Below are positions 25,436 through 37,533 of a stretch of 64,000 nt of DNA, piece after piece. The notes below the pieces were generated by a model. The model ran no database searches, had not been told where the DNA came from, and saw only the letters and a list, made by a program, of their open reading frames with translations. Made by a program: the position numbers and the translations under genes. The DNA comes from an uncultured Candidatus Rokubacteria bacterium (lineage in GTDB: Bacteria > Methylomirabilota > Methylomirabilia > Rokubacteriales > CSP1-6), in assembly GCA_963758635.1 (NCBI GenBank), contig CAVWWD010000005.1, positions 544,001 to 608,000 of the forward strand, read 5' to 3'. Within the stretch, counting starts at the first letter, position 1, and each line of letters begins with the position of its first letter.

Positions 25436-25766
25436 CGTGGGCGTCCTTGACCTTGTTGGCCCCGCGCACGCCCGGATCGTAGACGAGACGCTCCACCGGC
25501 TTCCCGCCGACGATGTGCGACTCGAGAATCTCCGGCAGGTCGGACTCCTGAACGCCGTGGTACCAGACGTTGTCCGGATACATCACGATCATGGGCCCGT
25601 GGCCGCACTGCGAGAAGCAGCCGGCCTTGTTGATGCGCACCTCCGCCTGCTTGCCCGCGGTCAGGACGCCGGCGCGCAGCACCTTCACGAACTTCTCAAC
25701 GTCGGCCTGCCCCGGGCAGGTGTCCCCCGAGGTGCACACGAAGACGTGACAGTCGTACTGGCCCAT
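25416..25766 (-). CDS. Thioredoxin-like [2Fe-2S] ferredoxin
   Basis: HVFVC...C...GCFSQCGHGP...VWY...SHIVGGKPV. Confidence 0.88.
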   Translation of the reverse strand: MGQYDCHVFVCTSGDTCPGQADVEKFVKVLRAGVLTAGKQAEVRINKAGCFSQCGHGPMIVMYPDNVWYHGVQESDLPEILESHIVGGKPVERLVYDPGVRGANKVKDAHDDLAVR

Positions 25767-25783
25767 GCGGTCTCCTCTCGTGG

Positions 25784-27147
25784 CTATCTGAAGAACCCGA
25801 AGACGTTGTTGCGCGCCAGGTCGTTGTACACGGCGTACACCATGAGCGCCATCAGCAGCACGAAGCCGACCTGCTGGGCGACCTCGCGCTTGCGCGTGGA
25901 CAAGGGGCGCCCGAGCACGGCCTCGCAGCGAAGAACAGCAGATGCCCGCCGTCCAGCATGGGAACGGGCAGGAGGTTGAGCAGCGCCAGGTTGACGCTGA
26001 TCACCGCGGTGAAGAAGGCGAGGGCGGCCATGCCTTGCCGCGCCTGCTCGCCCGCCGCCACCGCGATCTGGATGGGCCCGCCGATGTTCGAGCGATCGAG
26101 CTGCCCGACGACGATCTTGTACAGTCCGACCGCGGTGAGCGCGGTGACCTCGCGCCGTGTACGTCGCGCCTTCCCACAGCGCGGTCAGCGGGTCGGAGCG
26201 CGCGTACGTCGTCGCCACGTTGCGGCTGATGCCGATACGGCCGACCTCGACCTCCTTGCCGTCGGGGCCGCGGTCCTTCACGGCGACGGGCGTCACCGTC
26301 ACCGCGAGCGTCTCGCTCCCGCGGCGCACGGACAGACGCGTGGGCTGGCCCGCCCGCTTGTTGATGGCCTCGGCGAGATCCTCCCACGAGGTCACCGGGC
26401 GGCCCTCGACGCTCTCCACGAGATCGCCCCCGCGCAGCCCGGCGCTCGCCGCGGGATAGCCCGGCGACCACGTCGCCGATGGCCGGCGGCTCGTAGGGGC
26501 GAGCGCCGAGGTCCCAGACCTCCTTGTCCTCGCCGAAGAGGTCGCGCCCCTTCGTGCGGACGGGCGTGACCGTGACCTCGCGCTCGGCGTCGCGCCCGGC
26601 CACGGTCAGCCGGAGCGGGGCGCCGCCGCCGTCCTGCACCACCCGGAGCACGTCGTCCCAGTACTGGCACGGCGCGGCCATTCACCCTCACGATCCGCTC
26701 GCCCAGCACGAGCCCGGCCGCGGCGGCCGGGCCGCCCTCGGTAAGGCGCCCGACGGTGGCGGGGATGACCGGCCGCCCCACGGTCATGAAGACCACGGCG
26801 AAGATCACCGCGGCGAGCACGAAGTTCATTCCCGGCCCGGCGAACACGATGAGGAAGCGCACCCAGAGCGGCTTGGCGTGGAACGCCTTGGCCGGATCGA
26901 CGTGTCCAGTGCCGCCCGCCTCTATCGGGTTCTCGTCGTCGCCCATCATCTTCACGTAGCCGCCCATCGGGATCGCGGACAGGCAGTACTCCGTCTCCGG
27001 CCCCTTGTAGCGCCAGAGGACGGGGCCGAAGCCGATGGAGAACCGCTCCACCCCGACGCCGGACAGGCGGGCGACCACGAAGTGTCCGAGCTCGTGGATC
27101 AGGATCAGGAGACCGATGACGATGATGAAGGAGACGACGGTGGTCAC
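25784..27147 (-). CDS. rseP: RIP metalloprotease RseP (M50, two PDZ domains); several apparent indels
   Basis: [31 protein letters not shown] split over four ORFs; position after dxr. Confidence 0.92.
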
Positions 27148-28344
27148 GTGGCTATCCTCGCCCGGGCGTCACGACGACGCGATCCGCGGCCGCCACGCGC
27201 TCGCGGACCCGGCGGCGGGTCTCGGCGTCGGCGTCCACGCAGGCCTCGATCGTGGTCGAGGGGCGCGCCGGGCGCCCGCTCCAGGGCGTCTTCGATCAGC
27301 GCGGGGATGCGCATGAACCCGATGCGGCCCTCGAGGAACGCGGCCACCGCCACCTCGTTGGCGGCGTTGAGGATGGCCGGCGCCAGGCCGCCCGGCGAGC
27401 AGCGCGCGCCGCGCGAGGGCCAGGCACGGGAAGCGGTCGACGTCGGGATCCTCGAAGGTGAGCGATCCGACCCTGGTGAAGTCCAGCCGCGTCGCCCGGA
27501 CACGGGAAGCCGCTAGGGATACGTGAACGCGTAGAGGATCGGGATGCCCATGTCGGCCACGCCGAGCTGGGCGATCACCGATCCGTCCAGGTACTCGACC
27601 ATCGAGTGGATGATCGACTGCGGGTGGACGACCACCTGCATCTGCTCGGGCGTGACGTCGAAGAGCCAGCGCGCCTCGATCACCTCGAGGCCCTTGTTCA
27701 TCAGGGTCGCGGAGTCGACGGTGATCTTCGCGCCCATCTTCCACGTCGGATGCTGGAGGGCGGCCTCGACCGTGACGCCGTCGAGCTCGGCCCGGGGCGT
27801 GCGGCGGAACGGCCCGCCCGAGGCGGTGAGCAGGATGCGATGGACCTCGTCGGCGTTGTGGCCGACCAGGCACTGGAAGATCGCGCTGTGCTCGGAGTCG
27901 ACGGGCAGGAGCGGGACCTCCGCGCGCGCGCGCCGCCGCCGTCATGAGGCTGCCCGCCATCACCAGCGTCTCCTTGTTGGCGAGCGCGATGGCCTTGCCG
28001 GCCTGGATCGCCGCCATCGTGGGCAGGAGCCCGGCGCCGCCGACGATGGCGGACAGCACCACGTCGGCGTCCACCTGGGCGGCCAGCGCCACCAGCCCCG
28101 CCTCGCCGGCGAGGATCTCGGGACGCGGCGCGGAGAGCGCCCGGGCCACGGCGTCGACGGCGGCAGGATCAGTGAGGGCGATGGCTCGCGGCCGGTGGTG
28201 GCGGCAGATCTCGGCCAGGCGCTCGGGATCCGAGCCGCGCGCGGCGAGCCCCTCGATGCGGAAGTCCTCGGGGAAACGGTCCACCAGCTCGAGGGTGCGG
28301 CGGCCGATGGACCCGGTGGCGCCGAGGAGGATGAGACGCTTCAC
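27144..28344 (-). CDS. dxr: 1-deoxy-D-xylulose-5-phosphate reductoisomerase; several apparent indels
   Basis: [60 protein letters not shown] across frames. Confidence 0.94.
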
Positions 28345-29198
28345 GCGGGGCCTCCACGGGTGCAGGCCACGTAATAGAAGAGCACCGGCGTGTTGAAGAG
28401 GAGCCCGTCGATGCGGTCCAGCACCCCGCCGTGCCCGGGAATGACGCGGCCCGTGTCCTTCGTGCCGAGGCTTCGCTTGAGCGCGGACTCCACGAGATCG
28501 CCCACCTGCCCGACGATGCCGAGCACGAGCCCGATCCCGATCGCCTCCAGGGTCCCGAGCGCCGGGCCGAACCACGGCTGCGCGACGAGGGCGGCGATGG
28601 GCGAGATCACGAGCTGCCCGACGGCCCCTTCGATGGTCTTCCCCGGGCTGATCGTCGGCGCGAGCTTGTGCCGTCCCAGGATGGACCCGACCGCGTACGC
28701 GGTGGTCTCCCCCACCCACGTCACCCACACGAGCAGGAGGACCCAGTCGAGCCCGGCGGGAAGGTGCCGCAGCGAGAGCGCGTGGCCGATGAGCCAGTTC
28801 ACGTAGACGACGCCGGCGACGCCGATGGCGGCCGGCTGCCACGCCGGGGGCGCGCCTCCGCGGACGGACAGGCCGGAGGCGAGGACGCCCAGGACCACGA
28901 GCGTGAGGGCGATCGGCGCCAGCCCCGGCATCGCGAAGCTCGCCGTGACGGCCACGCCCCCGACGATCGCCACCGCGGAGCCGGAGGGAACGCCGCTGCG
29001 CCGGAACATGTCGGAGAACTCCCACTGCCCGAGGCCGGCGATGGCGCACACCATGACGATGAACACCCACGCGGGGGCGTAGCCCACGGCCCAGACGAAC
29101 ACGGGCAGGAGGACGACCGTGCTGAGCGCGCGCTTGGCGAGCGCGGCGGTCCGCAACGTCACCGTCTCCATCGGAGGCGAGAGCGAGACACCGACCAC
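28341..29198 (-). CDS. cdsA: Phosphatidate cytidylyltransferase
   Basis: Hydrophobic; ISPGKTIEG, GDLVESALKR, KDTG..IPGHGGVLDRID (start could be 29171). Confidence 0.94.
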   Translation of the reverse strand: MVGVSLSPPMETVTLRTAALAKRALSTVVLLPVFVWAVGYAPAWVFIVMVCAIAGLGQWEFSDMFRRSGVPSGSAVAIVGGVAVTASFAMPGLAPIALTLVVLGVLASGLSVRGGAPPAWQPAAIGVAGVVYVNWLIGHALSLRHLPAGLDWVLLLVWVTWVGETTAYAVGSILGRHKLAPTISPGKTIEGAVGQLVISPIAALVAQPWFGPALGTLEAIGIGLVLGIVGQVGDLVESALKRSLGTKDTGRVIPGHGGVLDRIDGLLFNTPVLFYYVACTRGGPA

Positions 29199-29204
29199 GC
29201 GGCG

Positions 29205-29987
29205 CTACACCTTCCCGAACCGGCGATGTCGCCGCTGGTACTCGGCGATGGCCAGGAAGAGATCACGGGCGCCGAAGTCGGGCCAGAGGGTCGGCGTCAC
29301 GAGCAGCTCAGTATAGGCGATCTGCCAGAGCAGGAAGTTCGACACCCGCATCTCGCCGCTGGTCCTGATCAGGAGGTCGGGGTCCGGGATGCCGTCGGTG
29401 TAGAGGGCGGAGGCCACACGCTTCTCGTCGATCTCCTCGGGGGCGAGGGTTCCCGCGCGCACCTCCTGGGCGAGGCGTCGGAAGGCGTCGACGAGCTCGT
29501 CGCGCGCGCCGTAGTTGAACGCCATCACGAGGATGAGCCCGGTGTTGCCGGCGGTGGCCTCGGCCACGCGCTGGATGCGGCCCTGGACCGCGCCGGGCAC
29601 GCCGTCGGCGCGACCGACGACCCGGAACTGCACGTTGTTCTCCATCAGCTCGGGCAGCTCGCGATCGATGGACCGTTCGAGGATGTTCATGAGCGTGGAC
29701 ACCTCGTCGGAGGGGCGCTGCCAGTTCTCCGACGAAAACGCGTAGAGCGTGAGGTACTCGAGGCCGATCTGGCCGGCCGCGCGGACGCTCTCGCGCACCG
29801 CGTTGACGCCGTTCGCGTGGCCGGCCACCCGGGGGAGGCCCCGGCGCGTGGCCCACCGGCCGTTTCCGTCCATGATGATCGCGACATGCCGGGGGAGGGC
29901 GCGAGCGCGGATGCGCTCTCGAAGCTCGTGGTCCGGCAAGCGGGAGAGCTCGGCCCCGGTGACGCCCCCGCCTTCGTGAAGGGCCAT
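29205..29987 (-). CDS. uppS: Undecaprenyl diphosphate synthase (isoprenyl transferase)
   Basis: HVAIIMDGNGRWA, YAFSSENW, PDLLIRTSGEMRVSNFLLWQ. Confidence 0.96.
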   Translation of the reverse strand: MALHEGGGVTGAELSRLPDHELRERIRARALPRHVAIIMDGNGRWATRRGLPRVAGHANGVNAVRESVRAAGQIGLEYLTLYAFSSENWQRPSDEVSTLMNILERSIDRELPELMENNVQFRVVGRADGVPGAVQGRIQRVAEATAGNTGLILVMAFNYGARDELVDAFRRLAQEVRAGTLAPEEIDEKRVASALYTDGIPDPDLLIRTSGEMRVSNFLLWQIAYTELLVTPTLWPDFGARDLFLAIAEYQRRHRRFGKV

Positions 29988-30003
29988 AGGGTGCGAGTGT
30001 ACC

Positions 30004-30045
30004 CTACAGTCCGACCGCTCGGCATCAGTCTGATGCGCGGGGCTC

Positions 30046-30046
<1 letters not shown>
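30004..30046 (-). repeat. 5' half of the ~80-bp element, fused to the frr TAG
   Basis: Minus strand TA|GGAGCCCCGCGCATCAGACTGATGCCGAGCGGTCGGACTGTAG, then diverges. Confidence 0.85.
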
Positions 30047-31960
<1,914 letters not shown>

Positions 31961-32086
31961 CGTCCGCTGTCTCCTTCAGATCGTGAATGAGTGACGAGAC
32001 GGCACGCCCGCGAGTCCGCAGAATCACGGTATGAGCCCGCTCGCTGACTCCGACATCCGCATTCCCTCACAACTCCTTCGTGGGAA

Positions 32087-32863
32087 TCAGGCGCCGGCCT
32101 CGGCCGGCTGCGCCATCTCGTCCTCGGTCACCACGGGCAGGTCGGACGCGGCCGCGGCCTCCTCGGCCTCTTCCTTCGCGAGCGTCCCGCGTCCCTCGTT
32201 CACCGCGTCGGCCATGCGCGAGGTGATCAGCCGCACGGCGCGGATGGCGTCGTCGTTGCCGGGGACCGGGTAGTCGATGCCGGTGGGATCGCAGTTGGTG
32301 TCGACGATGGCGACGATGGGGATGGCGAGGCGCCGGGCCTCTTCGACCGCGATGCTCTCCTTCTTCGGATCGATGATGAAGACGGCCGACGGCAGCCGCT
32401 CCAGCTGCTTGATGCCGACGAGCGCGCGCTCGAGCTTCTCGCGCTCGCGCTCGAGGCCGAGCACCTCTTTCTTGGGCAGGCGCTCGTACTCGCCCGATTC
32501 CTTCATCTCGTCGAGCTTCTTGAGCCGGGTGATCGACCGCCGGATCGTCGCGAAGTTCGTCAGGGTGCCGCCGAGCCAGCGGTGGTTCACGTAGAACATG
32601 CCGCACCGCATGGCTTCCTCAAAGACCGCCTCCTGCGCCTGCTTCTTCGTGCCCACGAAGAGGACGGTGCCGCCCTGGGCGGCGAGGTCGCGCATGAAGC
32701 CGTACGCTTCGCGGAACTTCTTGAGGGTCTTCTGGAGGTCGATGATGTAGATGCCGTTGCGCTCGCCGAAGATGTACTTCTGCATCTTCGGGTTCCACCG
32801 CTTGGTCTGGTGGCCGAAATGGACCCCGGCCTCCAGGAGCTCCTTCATCGTCAACGTGGCCAT
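32087..32863 (-). CDS. rpsB: 30S ribosomal protein S2
   Basis: [34 protein letters not shown]. Confidence 0.98.
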   Translation of the reverse strand: MATLTMKELLEAGVHFGHQTKRWNPKMQKYIFGERNGIYIIDLQKTLKKFREAYGFMRDLAAQGGTVLFVGTKKQAQEAVFEEAMRCGMFYVNHRWLGGTLTNFATIRRSITRLKKLDEMKESGEYERLPKKEVLGLEREREKLERALVGIKQLERLPSAVFIIDPKKESIAVEEARRLAIPIVAIVDTNCDPTGIDYPVPGNDDAIRAVRLITSRMADAVNEGRGTLAKEEAEEAAAASDLPVVTEDEMAQPAEAGA

Positions 32864-33001
32864 GCCGTCTCCTGTTCGGTTCGCCTCCGATCCCGCGCGG
32901 CGGCGCCCCGAGACAGGGGCCGCGCTTCCCCGGCGCGAGCGCTGCCTCGCGCGAGCGGGGACCGAAGCGCGGGATCGTGCGTGGTTGGACTGCGCTTCGC
33001 C

Positions 33002-34216
33002 TCAGGTCGTGTACTTCGAGTTCAGTCGAACGTACTCCTCGGTCAGGTCCGATGTCCACACGCGGTCCTCGCCGCGCCCCTGTCCGAGGTCGATCACGAT
33101 CGTGTACTCGGCGCCCCCCATGATCTCCCGGATGCGGTCCACCCGCATCCCGGGCACGCCGGTGCCGTGCTGGACGACGGGCTCGCCGCCGATGGCGATG
33201 GCAACCCGGTCCTGCACCACCCGCGCCGCAGACTTGCCCAGCGCCATCATGAGACGCCCCCAGTTGGGATCGACCCCGTAGATGGCCGTCTTCACCAGCG
33301 GCGAGTTCGCGATGCTCCGCGCGGCGACGAGCGCCTCCTTGCCACTGCGCGCGCCGCGCACGTGGATCTCCACCACCTTGCTCACGCCCTCGCCGTCCTT
33401 GACGAGCATGTGGGCGAGCTTCTCCGCGACCGCGAAGAGCCCCTGCTCGAACTGGCGGAGGCCCCGGCCGCCCCGCTCGATGGGGGCGTTCTCGGCGAGG
33501 CCGTTGGCGAGTACGGCCACGGTGTCGCTCGTCGATTGATCCCCGTCGACGGTGACGCGGTTGAAGCTCCGGTCCACCGCGCGGCGGAGGACGGCGTGCA
33601 GCGCGTCGGCGGTGATCGCGGCGTCGGTGGCGAGGAAGCAGAACATGGTCGCCAGGTGCGGCTCGAGCATGGCCACGCCCTTGGCGATGCCGCCGATCGT
33701 GACCGGGCGCCCCCCCACCTCGACCCGGAGCGCCGCCTCCTTGGCCACCGTGTCCGTGGTCATGATGGCCTCGGCCGCGTTCCGGCTGCCCTGCGGGGAC
33801 AGCGCCTTCACGAGCTTCGGCAGCGCGGAGCGGATCTTGTCCATGGGCAGCGGCTGGCCGATGACGCCGGTGGCCGCGACCAGCACGTGCTGCGCGGGCA
33901 CGCGCAGCAGCTCGCCGACGATGCGCGTCATCTCGCGGGCATCCTTCACGCCCTGATCCCCCGTGCACACGTTCGCGCAGCCGCTCGAGGCCACGATGGC
34001 CTGGGCCTTCCGCGCGCGCATGTGCTCCTGGGAGACGAGGACGGGCGCGCCCTTCACCTGGTTCGAGGTGAAAACGGCGGCGGCGCGCGCGGGCGCCGAC
34101 GAGTACACCAGCGCGAGGTCCTTGCGGCCGCTCGCCTTGATGCCGGCGGCGAGGCCAGCGGCGAGGACGCCGGGAACGGCGGTGATGCCCCCCTCGAGCC
34201 ACTGCATCTCCGGCAT
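33002..34216 (-). CDS. argJ: Bifunctional glutamate N-acetyltransferase/amino-acid acetyltransferase
   Basis: AAVFTSN, IMTTDT, GIAKG.AMLEPHLAT, VDGDQSTSDT, SPLVKTA, DPNWGR. Confidence 0.95.
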   Translation of the reverse strand: MPEMQWLEGGITAVPGVLAAGLAAGIKASGRKDLALVYSSAPARAAAVFTSNQVKGAPVLVSQEHMRARKAQAIVASSGCANVCTGDQGVKDAREMTRIVGELLRVPAQHVLVAATGVIGQPLPMDKIRSALPKLVKALSPQGSRNAAEAIMTTDTVAKEAALRVEVGGRPVTIGGIAKGVAMLEPHLATMFCFLATDAAITADALHAVLRRAVDRSFNRVTVDGDQSTSDTVAVLANGLAENAPIERGGRGLRQFEQGLFAVAEKLAHMLVKDGEGVSKVVEIHVRGARSGKEALVAARSIANSPLVKTAIYGVDPNWGRLMMALGKSAARVVQDRVAIAIGGEPVVQHGTGVPGMRVDRIREIMGGAEYTIVIDLGQGRGEDRVWTSDLTEEYVRLNSKYTT

Positions 34217-34221
34217 GGAGG

Positions 34222-35271
34222 CTACGGGTAGACGGGGGGCGCTTCGAGGCCAGTCCGCTCGTCCCACCCCATCATGATGTTCAGGCTCTGCACGCCGTTG
34301 CCCGACCCGCCCTTGCCGAGGTTGTCGATCGCCGATACGCACACCGCGCGCGAGGTCCGCGGATCCGCCACCACGGCCACGTCGCAGAAGTTCGACCCCA
34401 CGATGTGGCGGGTGGTCGGGCGCTCGCCGTCCGGCATCACGCGGACGAACGGCTCACCGGCGTAGAACTCCTGGTAGAGCGCGACGAGATCGGCGGTGCC
34501 CACCTTCTTCGTCAGCGGCACCGAGGCCGTCGTGAAGAGACCGCGGTTGAGGGGCAGGAGGTGCGGCGTGAAGCCGACCACCACCGTCCGACCGGCCAGC
34601 GCGGAGAGCTCCTGCTCGATCTCCGGCGTGTGCCGGTGGGTGGCGATCCCGTAGGCGAGCACGTTCTCGTTCTGCTCGGTGTAGAGGTACATCGGGTCGA
34701 CCTTCCGGCCCTGGGCGCCGGCGCCCGTGACGCCGGACTTCCCGTCGATCACGATGCCGTCCGCCGCCCCCAGCCCGCTCTTGAGGAGCGGCGCGGTGGC
34801 GAGGATCGAGCCCATCGGGTAGCAGCCGGGCGAGGCGACGAGCGAGGCGGACGCGATCGCCTTCCGGTGGAGCTCGGGCAGCCCATAGACCGCCTCCGCG
34901 AGCCCGGCGGCGTCGATGTGGGGCGCCTTGTACCACGTGGTGTAGAGCGAGGCGTCGCGCAGCCGGTAGTCGGCCGACAGGTCGACGACCTTGCGCCCGC
35001 GCCCGCGCAGCACCGGCACCGCGCGCTGCGACTCCATGTGGGGCAGCGCGAGGAAGACGACGTCCGCGTCGGCGGCGAGGCGCTCGGCGTCCACGTCCTG
35101 GAAGACGAGCGACGAGAGCCCGCGCAGGTGCGGGAACGCGCTCGCGAGCTTCTCGCCCGCGAGACGCTCCGACGTCACGGCGGTGAGCTGCACCTTGGGA
35201 TGGACGGAGAGCAATCGCAGCAACTCCGCCCCCATGTACCCGCTCGCTCCGGCAACGGCGACGCGCAACAT
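34222..35271 (-). CDS. argC: N-acetyl-gamma-glutamyl-phosphate reductase
   Basis: GASGYMGAELLRLL, DLSADYRL, YGLPE, PGCYP, HRHTPEI, DNLGKG. Confidence 0.96.
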   Translation of the reverse strand: MLRVAVAGASGYMGAELLRLLSVHPKVQLTAVTSERLAGEKLASAFPHLRGLSSLVFQDVDAERLAADADVVFLALPHMESQRAVPVLRGRGRKVVDLSADYRLRDASLYTTWYKAPHIDAAGLAEAVYGLPELHRKAIASASLVASPGCYPMGSILATAPLLKSGLGAADGIVIDGKSGVTGAGAQGRKVDPMYLYTEQNENVLAYGIATHRHTPEIEQELSALAGRTVVVGFTPHLLPLNRGLFTTASVPLTKKVGTADLVALYQEFYAGEPFVRVMPDGERPTTRHIVGSNFCDVAVVADPRTSRAVCVSAIDNLGKGGSGNGVQSLNIMMGWDERTGLEAPPVYP

Positions 35272-35287
35272 CGGCCTCTCCTTCGCG

Positions 35288-35683
35288 CTACCGCTTGGAG
35301 TACTGGAACTTGGACCGGGCGCCCGGCTGACCGTACTTCTTGCGCTCCTTCATCCGCGGGTCGCGCGTGAGGCATCCTGCGCGCTTGAGCGTCTGCCGGA
35401 GCTTGTCGTCGAACTCGAGGAGGGCGCGCGCGATCCCGTGCCGGACCGCGCCGGCCTGGCCGGTCGGCCCGCCGCCGCCCACGTTGATGCTGGCGTCGAA
35501 CTGCCCGAGCGTGTTCGTGAGCTGCAGCGGCTGGCAGATGATCATGCGCAGCGTCTCGCGCGGGAAGTAGTCCTCGAAGTGCCGCCGGTTCACCATGATC
35601 GTGCCGGGGCCGGGCCTGAGCCACACCCGCGCCACCAACGTCTTGCGCCGCCCCGTGCCGTAGAACATCGTCGCCGAAGCCAT
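35288..35683 (-). CDS. rpsI: 30S ribosomal protein S9
   Basis: [32 protein letters not shown]. Confidence 0.98.
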   Translation of the reverse strand: MASATMFYGTGRRKTLVARVWLRPGPGTIMVNRRHFEDYFPRETLRMIICQPLQLTNTLGQFDASINVGGGGPTGQAGAVRHGIARALLEFDDKLRQTLKRAGCLTRDPRMKERKKYGQPGARSKFQYSKR

Positions 35684-35698
35684 AGTGGATGCCGTCCT

Positions 35699-36145
35699 CT
35701 ACGATGCCGACCGTCCGCTCGCCGGGAGCGGCTCGGGCTTCTGCGCGGCATGGGGATGCTCGCCGCCGCGGTAGACCTTGAGCTTCTTGGCCATGGCCCG
35801 GCCCAGGCGCCCCTTCGGGAGCATGCCCTGGACCGCCCACTCGATCACGCGCTCAGGATGGGTGCGGAGCATCCGATCGGCCGTCACCTCGCGCAGGCCC
35901 CCGATGTAGCCCGAGTGCCAGCGGTAGGTCTTCGCCGTGAGCTTCCGTCCCGTGAGGTGGACCTTCTCCGCGTTGATCACCACCACGTGATCGCCCACGT
36001 CCATGTGGGGCGCGAAGGTCGTCTTGTGCTTGCCCCGGAGGATGGTGGCGACCTGCGTCGCCAGCCGGCCGAGCACCCGCCCCTCGGCATCCACCAGGAA
36101 CCACTTGCGATCGATCTCGTGTTCCTTCGCCATCACCGTCGACAT
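35699..36145 (-). CDS. rplM: 50S ribosomal protein L13
   Basis: [34 protein letters not shown] 36145. Confidence 0.97.
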   Translation of the reverse strand: MSTVMAKEHEIDRKWFLVDAEGRVLGRLATQVATILRGKHKTTFAPHMDVGDHVVVINAEKVHLTGRKLTAKTYRWHSGYIGGLREVTADRMLRTHPERVIEWAVQGMLPKGRLGRAMAKKLKVYRGGEHPHAAQKPEPLPASGRSAS

Positions 36146-36206
36146 GTTTCCCGCCCTCTCGGCCTCTCCAACGTGTGGATTGTCAATCCGAAATCGGCAA
36201 CACGTC

Positions 36207-36235
36207 ATCATAGAGATGACGCCTGCCGGTGTCAA
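36207..36235 (-). promoter_or_regulatory. sigma70 promoter of rplM-rpsI
   Basis: TTGACA (36235-36230)-17bp-TATGAT (36212-36207). Confidence 0.8.
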
Positions 36236-37005
36236 CCCCGAGAGCCCCGGACGGGGCGGGGCGGTCGCCTCGGAGCGGCGGCCTTGACGGCCGCCCCGCC
36301 CTGGGCGCGGCCCGGACGGGCGGCCCCCGCCGCCGGGCGGGCCGCCTTGGCGCCGGCGATCGTCTTGCCGGGCCACGGGCAGAGGGCGCGGACCGCGCAC
36401 GCCGGGCAGTTCGGCGTGCGGGCGAAGCACGTCCGCCGGCCATGGATGATGAGCAGGTGCGTGGCGCTCGTCCACTTCGGCCGGGGAAAGATCTTGCAGA
36501 GCGCGTCGTGGATCTCCTCGGCCTCGGCGGCCTTGGTCAGGCCGAGGCGCTGCGAGAGCCGGGTGACGTGGGTGTCCACGGCAATCGCTGGAATGCCGAA
36601 CGCATTGCCGAGGACCACGTTGGCCGTCTTCCGTCCCACGCCGGGGAGCGCGGTCAGCTCCTCGACCGTGCGTGGCACCTCGCCGCCGTGTCCCTCCACC
36701 AGCGCCGTCGCCATCCCGAGGATGGACCTGGCCTTCGCCCGGTAGAACCCGGTGGAGAAGATCTCCCGCTCGAGCGTTTCCACGGGGATCCGCGCCCAGT
36801 CCCGGGCGGAGCGGTAGCGCGGGAAGAGGCCGGCGGTGACCATGTTCACGCGCTCGTCGGTGCACTGCGCGGACAGGATCGTGGCGATCAGGAGCTCGAG
36901 CGGCGTGCTGAACGCGAGCTCGATGCCCGCGTGGGGGTACGCGCGGTCGAGGAGGGTCAGGATCCGGGCCGCCCGCGCCTTCCGTGCCGCTTCCGACTCC
37001 GCCAT
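36232..37005 (-). CDS. nth: Endonuclease III
   Basis: [37 protein letters not shown] Fe-S motif. Confidence 0.96.
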   Translation of the reverse strand: MAESEAARKARAARILTLLDRAYPHAGIELAFSTPLELLIATILSAQCTDERVNMVTAGLFPRYRSARDWARIPVETLEREIFSTGFYRAKARSILGMATALVEGHGGEVPRTVEELTALPGVGRKTANVVLGNAFGIPAIAVDTHVTRLSQRLGLTKAAEAEEIHDALCKIFPRPKWTSATHLLIIHGRRTCFARTPNCPACAVRALCPWPGKTIAGAKAARPAAGAARPGRAQGGAAVKAAAPRRPPRPVRGSRG

Positions 37006-37025
37006 CTCCCCTGCCCGTCCAGCTA

Positions 37026-37105
37026 ATGAGCCCCGCGCATCAGACTCATGCGGAGCGGTGGGATTGTAAAGGCCCGTGGCGGTTACCGTATTCTGCGCGG
37101 ATCAT
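37026..37105 (+). repeat. Full 80-bp copy of the inverted-repeat element (ATGAGCCCC...GGATCAT)
   Basis: Terminal base is shared with the HIT gene TGA; TA on the left flank. Confidence 0.93.
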
Positions 37106-37533
37106 CAGCCGCGGGCCGCGAGGGCCCGGCGGATGGCGGCGATGCGCTCGCGCTGCGCCTCCGCGGGCAACGTCGTCGGGTCGTGCGGTGTCCGCCAGAC
37201 GGGCCACTGCGGATCCGGGTCGGCGGCGAGGCGCGGGATGAGATGCCAGTGGATGTGCGCGACCTGGTTGCCCAGGAGCTCGTAGTTCATCTTCACCGGC
37301 GCGTACACCGCCGCGAGCGCGGCGGCGACGCGGCTCACGTCCTCGATGTGGGCGGAGCGCTCCCCGGCGTCGAGATCGTAGAGCTCGGTGACGTGTCGGC
37401 GCAGCACCACGAAGACCCAGCCCGGGAAGAACTGGTCCTCGTTGAAGTACACGCGCGACGTCGGCAGGTCCGCGATGTGGAGCTCCCCCTCCCCGGCCAG
37501 GCGCTCGCACATGTGACAGGAGGCCGCGCTCAT
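37105..37533 (-). CDS. HIT family protein
   Basis: CxxC near the N-terminus; GNQVAHIHWHLIPR histidine triad. Confidence 0.92.
   Translation of the reverse strand: MSAASCHMCERLAGEGELHIADLPTSRVYFNEDQFFPGWVFVVLRRHVTELYDLDAGERSAHIEDVSRVAAALAAVYAPVKMNYELLGNQVAHIHWHLIPRLAADPDPQWPVWRTPHDPTTLPAEAQRERIAAIRRALAARG

Noticed and set aside
23665..28344. proS, dxr and rseP as pseudogenes or programmed frameshifts
   Set aside because: These are essential genes with intact motifs, scattered and often compensating indels, and no consistent slippery sites.
31990..32070. Possible further repeat copy between rpsB and tsf (CGCAGAATCACGGTA)
   Set aside because: Only about 14 nt resemble the right arm; too weak to call.
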